Shown: positions 12,834 through 24,282 of the stretch, in pieces
Layout of the letters: the number at the start of each line of letters is the position of its first letter
Position numbering within the stretch: position 1 is the first letter of the stretch
DNA from: Octopus bimaculoides
Lineage: Eukaryota
Assembly: GCF_001194135.2 (NCBI RefSeq)
Contig: NC_068993.1
Coordinates: forward strand, 53,875,696-53,936,559
Direction: 5' to 3'
DNA: 60,864 nucleotides
The notes under the pieces: generated by a model
Told to the model about the DNA's origin: nothing
Databases searched by the model: none
What the model saw: the letters and a program-made list of their open reading frames with translations, nothing else
Translations under genes and position numbers: made by a program

Positions 12834-12899
12834 GACATTGAACTCAGAGCCTCTAAAGTGACTGCATTAACCAAAGCCTTTATTCACTACGCTATGCTC
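12834..12899 (-). ncRNA. Degenerate tRNA-like Pol III promoter head upstream of the hammerhead
   Basis: Minus strand: GAGCA TAGCGTAGTGA (A-box-like, 12884-12894), 36 nt, GAGTTCAATGTC (B-box-like, 12834-12845). Resembles the head at 51298-51370. Confidence 0.4.
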
Positions 12900-13379
12900 G
12901 CAGCGACAAAACGAACATCAATAATATCCTTGTCCAAATTCGTCTGGAAACTCAGAAACTAAGAAGCGGAATGCTCTTCAGTAACAAGGGGTTTCATCAA
13001 TAATTACTCCGTACTTCAGTGAGTTATGAAATAGAAGGCTTTGCTTAACCGAAAAGTTCCAAGAAGTTCTCATTACTAAAAAGTTACCAGCCGCCTGTAA
13101 TTGCTAATCCGCATTGTCTGTAGATATTACTTGTGAGTGACATCGATATGATCATGAAATAGATATTATTTTTTACTTAACAACCTTGTCATACACAATT
13201 TGTGATAAATAGCAAATGTTCAGCCTATAAAAGGTGGCATGTTTACATTTGTATTAATCACAGACTTCTAGGAACTGTAAAAAAATTTCTAAAATGGTAA
13301 AAGACAAGATTTCATTCCTTTTAATAAATTAAATTCTTTTTATGGTTTATAAAGAAACATTTATAAAGATAGCACATAC

Positions 13380-13418
<39 letters not shown>

Positions 13419-13884
13419 NNNNNNNNNNNNNNNNNNNNNNNNNNNNNNNNNNNNNNNNNNNNNNNNNNNNNNNNNNNNNNNNNNNNNNNNNNNNNNNNNN
13501 NNNNNNNNNNNNNNNNNNNNNNNNNNNNNNNNNNNNNNNNNNNNNNNNNNNNNNNNNNNNNNNNNNNNNNNNNNNNNNNNNNNNNNNNNNNNNNNNNNNN
13601 NNNNNNNNNNNNNNNNNNNNNNNNNNNNNNNNNNNNNNNNNNNNNNNNNNNNNNNNNNNNNNNNNNNNNNNNNNNNNNNNNNNNNNNNNNNNNNNNNNNN
13701 NNNNNNNNNNNNNNNNNNNNNNNNNNNNNNNNNNNNNNNNNNNNNNNNNNNNNNNNNNNNNNNNNNNNNNNNNNNNNNNNNNNNNNNNNNNNNNNNNNNN
13801 NNNNNNNNNNNNNNNNNNNNNNNNNNNNNNNNNNNNNNNNNNNNNNNNNNNNNNNNNNNNNNNNNNNNNNNNNNNNNNNNNNNN

Positions 13885-13948
<64 letters not shown>

Positions 13949-14305
13949 ATACATACACACACACACTCTAAATATCTCCATCCCGAAACATAAAATGCTT
14001 GACTGCACACTAAAACTAAGTGTCGAAGAACCAGAACTGTCACGCTCTGATGAATACATCTTGCCTTATGTCTACGTTTATAAGCATCCCCAGGACCTGC
14101 CGGAGGAAATGCAACCTGCGCAGACTTCCACCCTACACCAAAATGATAAATCTGTGTGTGTGTCGGAATGTACACTGTTATCTTCAGCCTGACAGAAGCA
14201 AGGTGTTATGTCTGAGGTGTGCTGCTGGGTACGTCGCTGACAACTCTGTCGATCGAGTAAAGTGTCCTAGGTCTGTTTAAGTAAGTGAGCCTTACTGGGG
14301 TAACA

Positions 14306-14643
14306 CAACAACTACTACTACTACTACTACTATTACTTCTACCACCACCACCACCACCACTACCACTACAGTTGCTGCTGCTCTTACTTCTACATCAACA
14401 ACTACAACTACTACCACTACTACAACAAATGTCACTTCTACTACTAACACCACCACCATCACCACCACTACTACTACTGCTGCTGCTGCTGCTGCTACCA
14501 CTACAACTACTACCACTACTACAACTACTACCACTACTACAAATACTACCACTACAACTAAATATCACCACCACAACCACTACCACCACAACCACTACCA
14601 CCACAACCACTACCACCACCACCATTATTGCTATTACTACTAC
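14306..14643. repeat. Compound (ACT)/(ACC)/(GCT)/(ACA) trinucleotide array
   Basis: Directly visible; produces poly-L/T/V/S ORFs in all frames. Confidence 0.9.
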
Positions 14644-14956
14644 TAATCTGTTACGCTACAGCACTATTGCACGACATCACTAACTGGGAAAGTAAGGGAG
14701 CCTGTATGATGTCTGGCAACTTGCGAGAATGGCAGCCAAATTCCCTTCAAATTACCCCTTTTCTTCTTCAAAGACAGGAAAAAAAGAGGGAGGTATTGGA
14801 TGATGTAATTTTAGCAGCACAATGCTTCAAAACGAAAACGAAAAGCTCCTGACTGGGACATCTTTGGTTATAGGTTTCCACTATCAGGGATAAATGGGGG
14901 TTAATCATCATCAACTACTACAACTACTACTACTACTACTACTACAAGTAGTAGTA

Positions 14957-15322
14957 CTTTCCATTAAAGGCACGAAACCTGAAATTTTAGGGGAAGGAAC
15001 TAGTCGATTACATTGACCCCAGTGTTTAACTGGTACTTATTTTACTGACCCCGAAAGGATGAAAGACACAGTCGAACTCGGCGGAATTTGAACTCAATAA
15101 TAATAATAATCCTTTCTATTGGAAGTACACGAAATCAAATTTGAGGGAGGGGACTAGTCGATTATATCGACCCTAGTGTTCAACTGGTACTTATTTAATC
15201 GACCCTGAAAGGATGACAGGCGAAGTCGACCTCGGCGGAATTTGAACTCAGAACGTAGCGACGGGCGATATACCGCTGAACATTTCGTCCAGCGTGTTAA
15301 CGATTCTGCTAGCTCGCCGCCT
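14957..15322 (-). mobile_element. Two tandem SINE-A copies (14957-15096 lacking head, 15111-15322) separated by (AAT)n
   Basis: Family motifs on the minus strand. Confidence 0.85.
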
Positions 15323-16476
15323 AATAATGATAATAATAATTTCTTTTATTGGCCACAAATGTCCGAGACATGGAGGACAATATCAAAGGTTGAGATACAA
15401 CACAACAGAAACAGTGGCGGTGGGCGCTGTTGCTGCTGCTGTACCACGTATACAACCTGGAACATCCCAAAATTCCAACATTTCTGTATCTATGTCCCTC
15501 TGCCGTATTTCCCTGCGATCATTGCTAATATTGTTGCTGGTATTTCTACTCTTACTGCTTGCTGAATTTAATTGCGCATTGTGTTTGATTGGTTGATTTT
15601 TTTTTATCAATCGCTGCAGTCATGAATCGGATATTTACAAATCAAATTTAAACGCAAGTCTTGTGTAATTTTCCCTCTTTTAGCTTCCTCTTCTCACCAA
15701 CCATAATAAGGTACAGCTTAGTTACGTGAGACGGGGCAGACAATGAAGGAAAATAGCTGCGAAATACAATATGAAAGCAAGAAATATAGAAAAATAATGG
15801 ACCACACACGGTTAAAGATGTAATTAAGATTATAGTGACTGTCAGCCATACAATTGTAATGACTGAATCGTTAGCGGCAAGCAATACATACTGGACTGTA
15901 TAACAAAGATCTACATGACAGTAAAAACAAGACATATAGACAGTATTGAGAGTGAGAAGAATGGCATAGAAATTAGAATAAAAACTCTGGCTATGTTTTT
16001 AACATCAAGTTCGACATTCGAGCTGTTGACAATGGCTAAGAAACAAATTGATACGTGTGATCCTACCGACAGTCGTTAAGAAGAATGTTGGTGGCGAACA
16101 TTCGAAATGGCTTGAAAATATTTCATTGGATATCGTACGTCATGGCGGGGATAGAGAAAGCAGCGAAAGAAGCAACGAGAAAGAAATGGCGGAAAGGAAG
16201 GAAAATGCTTAAATAATTGAAAAACAAAAAAAAAGAGGAAAATGAAAAAGACGGAAAAGAATAAATATGATGAAGAAAATATATAAAACAAATGTGAGGA
16301 AATTAAACAAAAAAAAGGTGGTGCAGAAGGATAAAATGGGGTTTAGACTGTGCAGTATGGGCGAGTAGCTTGATTAATGTTGCAAATCTTGTAGGTCGTG
16401 AATGTTGCAGTTTTGGCGGATATTTGGCAAATTGTTGACTATAGATTTCAACTTGGTGAAGAGGAAATACATATGG

Positions 16477-16812
16477 CCAACGCTCATCCTTTCGGGGGTC
16501 GATAAATTAAGTACAAGCTGAGCACTGAGGTCGATGTAATCAGCTTAGCTCCTCCCCAGAAATTGCTGGCCTTGTGCTAAATTTTGAAACCATTATTAAT
16601 AGCACTGTATAAGGCGGCGAGCTGGCAGCAGCGTTAACGCACAGAGCGAAATCTTTAATGGCATTTCGTCTGTCTTTACGTTCTGAGTTCAAATTCCGCC
16701 AAAGTCAACTTTGCCTTTTTTCCTTTCGAGGTCAATGAATAAGTAACTGCTGCGTTCTCGACTTATCCCCTCCGCCAAAATTTCGGGCCTTGATCCTTTA
16801 GTTGAAAATATT
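16477..16812 (+). mobile_element. Two tandem SINE-A copies (16477-16592 3' half, 16611-16812)
   Basis: Family motifs. Confidence 0.85.
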
Positions 16813-16829
16813 ATTAATACTCGGTTGAG

Positions 16830-16974
16830 GTGAGGGGAACGTGGTTTAGTGCTTAGGGTATTGCACTCATGGTCGTAAAATTGTGGCTTCGATTCCTGGA
16901 TTGGCGAAGCGTTGTCTTCCTGAGCAAAGCATTTCATTTCACGTTGCTCAGCTGGCAAAAATGAGTAATGTTGC
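16830..16974 (+). mobile_element. SINE-D 5' part (tRNA-like head plus core), runs into a gap
   Basis: A-box-like 'tggtttagtgc', B-box-like 'ttcgattcc', then 'gcgttgtcttcctgagcaaagcatttcatttcacgttgctc'. A reverse fragment of the same core lies at ~19095-19126. Confidence 0.6.
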
Positions 16975-18290
16975 NNNNNNNNNNNNNNNNNNNNNNNNNN
17001 NNNNNNNNNNNNNNNNNNNNNNNNNNNNNNNNNNNNNNNNNNNNNNNNNNNNNNNNNNNNNNNNNNNNNNNNNNNNNNNNNNNNNNNNNNNNNNNNNNNN
17101 NNNNNNNNNNNNNNNNNNNNNNNNNNNNNNNNNNNNNNNNNNNNNNNNNNNNNNNNNNNNNNNNNNNNNNNNNNNNNNNNNNNNNNNNNNNNNNNNNNNN
17201 NNNNNNNNNNNNNNNNNNNNNNNNNNNNNNNNNNNNNNNNNNNNNNNNNNNNNNNNNNNNNNNNNNNNNNNNNNNNNNNNNNNNNNNNNNNNNNNNNNNN
17301 NNNNNNNNNNNNNNNNNNNNNNNNNNNNNNNNNNNNNNNNNNNNNNNNNNNNNNNNNNNNNNNNNNNNNNNNNNNNNNNNNNNNNNNNNNNNNNNNNNNN
17401 NNNNNNNNNNNNNNNNNNNNNNNNNNNNNNNNNNNNNNNNNNNNNNNNNNNNNNNNNNNNNNNNNNNNNNNNNNNNNNNNNNNNNNNNNNNNNNNNNNNN
17501 NNNNNNNNNNNNNNNNNNNNNNNNNNNNNNNNNNNNNNNNNNNNNNNNNNNNNNNNNNNNNNNNNNNNNNNNCATTAGATTCCTTGGAAGAAAGCAGCGA
17601 ATGTATACAAAAACAAGGACGGAATGAGTAAAAAAAAAACAGAGAAGAATTGAAACGCAAAAAATTGAAATATGAACCTGAAAATTATACATTCTAGTTT
17701 AGAGAAAATGACATAATGAGCCTTCGCTGTTGTAGTTATTAAAAGAAAGAAAAGCAAGAAGTTGAAAGGAAGATAATACTTAGACGAAATTTTTTTATAT
17801 GTATGTGTGTGCGTGCGTATGTGTGTGTGTGCGTGTGTATGTGTAGAGAGAGAGATAGACAGACAGACAAACACAGGCAGATATAGACAAACAGACAGCA
17901 AGCGACTCATTAGACTTAGTTACAGCGAGTATTTCGTGTTGTATTAAAACTTAGTTAATTCTGCAACGGTATGGAGTGTTCCATTTTCTCTATATATGGT
18001 ACTTTCTGTGTGTACTGTAGGCGAACGACTGCTATTGGTTAATTTAGGGCTCTGCGTAGAGTATCATGATCTGGTTTCCTTCCAGTAGAGTGGTGTGGTA
18101 ACTCCTTTACTTCGTAGTATTATTACCAGTTATGATATCCAAAGCATATATAGGAAAAAGTATAAACACAAGAAACAGCTTTTACCATTTGTACCTTAAG
18201 TTTCGCCATCGTAGCTATTTTCATCATCTGCAGTGGCTGTTGGTAGTGCAATTGGATACAGATTCACAACGGTTCTTCAGAGGAACACTT

Positions 18291-18847
18291 GGATCTTTTT
18301 TAAAACGGGGGCCACATTTTTCATTAATGTTTTACGTAGTGTTTTTGGTACGGAAAGACTTTCAAACTTCGTATACTTATCTATTTTCTGTTATAGAACA
18401 GAAAAATATTTTTGTATTCGAATTTATTTCATGTAAAAAATTGTCTTATTTCGATAATTTCAACCAATCACTGACGTCCACTCAGCTGATATACATTAAG
18501 TGCCGACTACAAAAACAAACGATTCTTCGTTTTATTTGCTTTTTTCATTTTAAATTTGCTTTAACCCTAACCCTAACTCTAACCCTAGGGTTAGGGTTAG
18601 GGTTAGGGTTAATTGTTTCAGAATCGTTTGTTTATGTAGTCGGCACTTAATGTATATCGGCTGAATGGACGTCAGTGATTGGTTGAAATTACAGAAATAC
18701 AACTTTAACATGGAATAATTTATGGATTTCTTTTTTTTTAAAGAAGACTAAGAGAAAAAGATGTTTTATATGACACATTCTACCAGTGTTCCAAGTTTCA
18801 AAGTGTTTCGTTAATGAAAAATGTGGCTCCCGTTTTAAAAAAGATCC
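18291..18847. mobile_element. 557-bp MITE with 37-bp TIRs and perfect 8-bp TSD (GG termini; possibly Merlin-type, superfamily unconfirmed)
   Basis: TIRs 18291-18327 and 18811-18847 (GGATCTTTTTTAAAACGGG(G/A)GCCACATTTTTCATTAA, 1 mismatch). TSD GAACACTT at 18283-18290 and 18848-18855. Second inner IR at 18456-18526/18620-18690. Confidence 0.9.
18561..18612. repeat. Inverted telomeric-repeat palindrome (CCCTAA)n|(TTAGGG)n at the MITE centre
   Basis: ttaaccctaaccctaactctaaccct|agggttagggttagggttagggttaa; 52-bp palindrome with one mismatch. Confidence 0.95.
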
Positions 18848-19163
18848 GAACACTTTATGACATTATGGTGACCCAAAGCAAATGATCAAATATATGGAGG
18901 CTGGATGTGTGTGTGTGTGTGTGTGTGTGCGTGCGAGTATGTATGTATATATGATGGACTCGCCCGTCGAAGACGATGTATAAGCATTCAGCTTTTGCCG
19001 CACGATGTGCACAAATGATTTGTTTATTGTGATCAAATGTTCGTGCAGCGTATTTCCACTCGTCTGATGTCGAAGTGGTCGTAGAGCAGCGTCAGATGAA
19101 GTGTTTTGCTCAAGAACACAACGCACATATATGTATGTATGTGGATGCGGATGTAAGTATAAT

Positions 19164-19232
<69 letters not shown>

Positions 19233-19609
19233 GGTTTACATATGTATGTTTCTGTATTTCTGTTCATATTCTGTTACTTTATGTTTTATAGTCGAGTATT
19301 GTCAATAAGAAACGAGAGAAATAAAATAAATACAAGACTCAAATATGTACAAGACTCGATACAAGGGATTGAATTCCTGACGGCGGTGCTTCACTATAAT
19401 AGCAAACCAATGATTCAAACTAATAAGAAATAATAAATAAAAGCATAAGACACAATTGTTGGCTATCGGGTTTCAAACCAATTGTACAAAGAATGTATTT
19501 GCGTATTTAACAAAAGATTGTTGCACGTTGCTGACATTAACGATCGTATGAATTACAGAAAGGAATTATATATAACTCTTCAGGCCAAGGATATCTTGAT
19601 TAAATGAAA

Positions 19610-19647
<38 letters not shown>

Positions 19648-19967
19648 NNNNNNNNNNNNNNNNNNNNNNNNNNNNNNNNNNNNNNNNNNNNNNNNNNNNN
19701 NNNNNNNNNNNNNNNNNNNNNNNNNNNNNNNNNNNNNNNNNNNNNNNNNNNNNNNNNNNNNNNNNNNNNNNNNNNNNNNNNNNNNNNNNNNNNNNNNNNN
19801 NNNNNNNNNNNNNNNNCATACATACATACATACATACATACATACATACATGGTGGTTGTCTACTCCTTAAACAGAGTTTGACCACCTCCTGCACCTACA
19901 CCTTAGCCCTTTCATGGCGTCTGATGTGGCTTTTTAAACCAGACAGTGTTTTGAAAAAACACCCACA

Positions 19968-20017
19968 CATACATACATACATACATACATACATACATAC
20001 ATACATACATACATACA

Positions 20018-20047
<30 letters not shown>
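19968..20047. repeat. (ACAT)n microsatellite
   Basis: Directly visible. Confidence 0.95.
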
Positions 20048-20048
<1 letters not shown>

Positions 20049-21789
20049 GATGATTGTTTCATCTTGACAGATGATAGCCGTCCCATCAACATATGCTCAA
20101 AGAATTTTCGTAAGTCTGTCTAGATCGTTCATGTTCGTTTTCAGACTTTTAGTTTGCCCTTGTTTTCTACGTTCTGAGTGATATCAAGCTTTACTTTCAT
20201 AAATCAACCCCCGTGGTTGGAAACATATTGAGAATATATATCATATATATTGCATGAGCACCAGGAAAATATGTTCCGCGCATTAAATGTGATATACGGG
20301 ACAAGCAAAGGGTTAATTTTTTTTTACTGATCTTTACATATGATACAGACATCGTAGTGTCAATAAGTCCCAATTATAAACTATGGACCCAGGGGTCAAA
20401 TTTGATCTGGTATAGGAACAGTCAGCCGAAAAGTTGAGTGTAGGGTATATATTATCGTCACCAGCTTTGGTGTGTCTCTGTCAATTTATCACAACTCAGT
20501 GCTTATAGCATTTAGCTGTTAGAGAGATAATGGTCCAGTAGAAGCATGCTGAGACTGAACTTAAAACCCAAGCCTGAACACTCTAGGCGGTAACTGATAT
20601 TACATCCTCCGTTTATTGACGATATCTCTGATAGATAAAAAATGGCGGCTGTCAATAAGAGTTTGAACAGAAACCTTCACAGAGCAAAGATGATCCACAT
20701 TTCCTTGTATCAGGGAAGCTGGCTTTATTATTGTGCGAGGATATATAGGCATGAATGTGTATATAGGTATGAATGTGTATATAGGTATGAGTGTGTATAT
20801 AGGCATGAGTGTGTGTCTATATAGATATGTGTGTTTGTGTGTATAGTGAATATGTTGATAGATAAACGAACAGTGAAGCAACGTGAATATATGGAGACAG
20901 GCATGCAAACACGCACGCACGCACACGCACGCACGCACGCACACACACACACGCGCACACATATACACACACACACGTAGAGTGCTATGAAGAAACGGTG
21001 TTCAACTCAGATCGGAATTTAATTACAATATTATCGCTGACATTATTTATTGATACATACATATACACACATACACACATATGTATGTATATATGTATAN
21101 NNNNNNNNNNNNNNNNNNNNNNNNNNNNNNNNNNNNNNNNNNNNNNNNNNNNNNNNNNNNNNNNNNNNNNNNNNNNNNNNNNNNNNNNNNNNNNNNNNNN
21201 NNNNNNNNNNNNNNNNNNNNNNNNNNNNNNNNNNNNNNNNNNNNNNNNNNNNNNNNNNNNNNNNNNNNNNNNNNNNNNNNNNNNNNNNNNNNNNNNNNNN
21301 NNNNNNNNNNNNNNNNNNNNNNNNNNNNNNNNNNNNNNNNNNNNNNNNNNNNNNNNNNNNNNNNNNNNNNNNNNNNNNNNNNNNNNNNNNNNNNNNNNNN
21401 NNNNNNNNNNNNNNNNNNNNNNNNNNNNNTATATATATATATATATATATATACAAACACACACACACATATGCATGTATATATTTGTGTGTGCGTGTGT
21501 GTGTTTGTGCATGCTTGTGTATATTATTGCACGCATGTATATACGTTCTAGTGTATGTGTACACTTTGTACTTATGCTTACATTTTAAACCAAAGGAACT
21601 TCCTTCGTGTTTCTACTTGACTGTACAATTACCTAAGGAAACAACTAAGCTACATTCCTGTTGACGTCTTCTTATCAGACCATCATTCCAGGAATACCAG
21701 AAGAGCTTTATGCCAAATTTCTCCTCCAGACGTTTTCATCATTTTAATCAATCATCTTTCATCCTGGTTTATCTAGTTTTCGGGTCATG

Positions 21790-22407
21790 TCTCAGGGCAT
21801 TAATCAGAATCACTCATGGGCCACCTTTCATAGCCCACCCCATGATCACGTACTTTTCACCCCCTCCCCTTTACAGCTCCTGTACAGTGGATCGAAACCG
21901 GCAGCGCTTAGCACAACCACCAGGTACCGATGATAGACACTAACGAATACTTTAAACCGAGCAAAAATTAATCAAAGATCCAGATTCAGATCTGCTTCGC
22001 TCTGCGATGTATGGCATAAGATGGAATGGGCTCTGAATGGATCTACTTGGAATAGCACGCCTGGAATAGTACGTGGTTACGCGGCTTTCTATGAGAGCAC
22101 GTTGGCCAAAATTATTAACTCAGTGTTTGACAAAGATTTAAACCTGAGGTTATTGACTACGTCCCACTTGCGCGTTCTCCGCATTACAACCACCCGCGTT
22201 CGCTCAACCGAGGATATTCCCAGTCTGTGTTGACCGCTGTGTTAGACTTCAGCCAAGAGAGGAGCACACTCATCATAGATCTGTGATGCTGCAGTAGAAT
22301 CACTCCTGTTCTCTGTTCCTCAGCCACTTACACGTTAATGTCACGAACAGGCTGTTCCGTTGGTCGGATCAACTAGAACCCTCGTCGTCGTAACCGATGG
22401 AGTGCGA
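21790..22407 (+). mobile_element. Decayed LINE-like 3' segment ending in the tail shared with SINE-C
   Basis: 22319-22407 'ctcagccacttacacgttaatgtcacgaacaggctgttccgttggtcggatcaactagaaccctcgtcgtcgtaaccgatggagtgc' matches the 3' end of SINE-C (38195-38280). The upstream sequence is GC-richer, not SINE-C, with only faint LINE-like peptides. Confidence 0.4.
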
Positions 22408-22781
22408 TGACTACAACTCAGTAATAGATGGAAAGGTAACTACAAATGCAAACGAAATATATTTATTTCCATTAAATGCAAAATAAATGTATTCAGATAC
22501 GAAAGAAAAAGGTAGTATTACCAATACTTTGAATTTAATCAGTTACTCTTTAAAATAATGTTCTGGACAGTTGACATTTAGAACATGCAAATAGAAAAAT
22601 CAATTACAAACAATTGATTTTTATATTTGCATATTCAAAATGTCAAATGTCCAGGACGTTAAAATCTAGAAGCTATTTCTTAAAACGAATAATGGCTTTA
22701 TAAAATAGTTTTAAGAGGCCAAAACATAATCCACACTGAAAGAATTACCAACGTTATTATGGCCCAAGTATAATTGATATT

Positions 22782-22996
22782 GATTTCAAATTTTGGCACA
22801 GGGTCAAAAATTTTGGGGAGGGTTGTAAGTCGATTACATCAACCCCAGTGCACAACTGGTACTTATTTTATCGAATCCAAAATGATGAAAGGTAAAGTCG
22901 ACTTTGGCAGAATTTGAGCTCAGAATATGCAGACGGATGAAATGCCGCTAAGCGTTTTGCCCGGTGCGCTAACAATTCTGCCAGCTCACCGCCTTA
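22782..22996 (-). mobile_element. SINE-A copy (tail type ii)
   Basis: Family motifs on the minus strand. Confidence 0.85.
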
Positions 22997-23067
22997 AGTA
23001 TTATTAAGTGTCATTAAGGTACTTCAGACCTTGTACCTAGAGTAGAAAAGGATATTAAGTTAATTTA

Positions 23068-23281
23068 AAGGCGGCGAACTGGCAGAGTTGTTAGCACACC
23101 GGGCGAAATGCTTAGCGGTATTTCGCCTGTACTTACATTCTGAGTTCAAATTCCGCTGAGGTTGATTTTGCCTTTCATCCTTTCGGGATCGATATATTAA
23201 GTACCAGTTGTGTACTGGGGGCGATGTAATTGACTGGCCCCCTCCCCAAAAATTTCGGGCCTTGTGCCTAGAGTAGAAAAG
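23068..23281 (+). mobile_element. SINE-A full copy (tail type i)
   Basis: Family motifs; flanked by a 42-bp direct repeat (23029-23070, 23260-23301). Confidence 0.9.
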
Positions 23282-23302
23282 GATATTAAGTTAATTTAAA
23301 GG

Positions 23303-23467
23303 GATGAAGTTAAAATAATAGACAGAGAACACCACTGGAAAATACGAAAACTAAAAGAAGCAGCACATATGTTAGGATGCAACAACCCCCTAAGCAGACC
23401 GAGTGCAGATATGAGTAGCATATGGGAACCGGTATTAAGGAAGGATAGGAAAATATTAGATTTATAG
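23303..23467 (+). pseudogene. 5'-truncated Penelope-like element: C-terminal end of GIY-YIG endonuclease domain with stop
   Basis: Open frame DEVKIIDREHHWKIRKLKEAAHMLGCNNPLSRPSADMSSIWEPVLRKDRKILDL*, matching the PLE endonuclease tail pattern (W)D.VKI(L/I)D.E..W..RK(L/I)KEA...L.R......S.IW.P.L. Confidence 0.75.
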
Positions 23468-23496
23468 GCCCTAAAATTCACTCCATAATTGCCCAC

Positions 23497-23543
23497 GGGC
23501 ATATGGCGTAGTGGTTAAGAGCGCGGGCTACTAACTCCAAGAT
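23497..23543 (+). ncRNA. tRNA-like head (A-box half) 30 nt after the PLE stop, cut off by (CA)n before the B-box
   Basis: GGGCATATGGCGTAGTGGTTAAGAGCGCGGGCTACTAACTCCAAGAT; 46/47 identical to the reverse complement of 51324-51370. Confidence 0.8.
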
Positions 23544-23693
23544 ACACACACACACACACACACGTATATATGTATACGCAACTTTATCCCCACATAGATG
23601 TATGCCTACATTTATATTGGACATTTATAGAAATAAATGTACACAAACATAAACAAATATATTTGCACTCCCCGCATACATGAATGTACAGAG

Positions 23694-23739
<46 letters not shown>

Positions 23740-24241
23740 CCTCCCATCAATCAACACACCTACAACCGCAAATATAAAAGCGTATGTACATACATATACG
23801 TATAAAGGGAGGAGACATATTCATGACAGTTGCCCTTATGCACCAGATAGAGTCTTACACCCATATACATACATACATACACGCGTGCACATATATACAC
23901 ACGCACACACATATACATTTAATATATACTTACATATACATATATTCACACGCGTATACAATCATACAATTAAAAAAGGAAAAAATGAAAAAGATATATA
24001 TATATACATATATATAAAACAACACAAAATGTTAAGACAAACAGAAGGCTTGTACAGAGACATAATAAAAAAGCAGGTTCTATCCGTGATCTTGGGGTGG
24101 GGGACGTATTGAGTATTTAGTCATATTTGGACACGATCCAAAAAGTTCAGTTCTGGAATTTAGACATGTAGCCGATGAAAAAGTCTCGAAGCTTTTAGCT
24201 CCGGCATATGAAACTCTGAGTTCTACTCTGACAACTTACTG

Positions 24242-24282
<41 letters not shown>

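Noticed and set aside
13321-14192. Long ORFs containing X runs (also 16.7-17.7, 21, 24-25, 32, 35, 41, 49, 53.5 and 56-57 kb)
   Set aside because: Open only because N-gaps and (TA)/(GT) repeats lack stops.
14285-14683. Mucin-like poly-Thr/poly-Leu ORF
   Set aside because: Explained by compound trinucleotide microsatellites open in several frames; no unique domain.
18561-18612. Ancient telomere-telomere chromosome fusion site
   Set aside because: Only ~4 repeats per side, and it is the symmetric centre of a TIR/TSD-bounded MITE.
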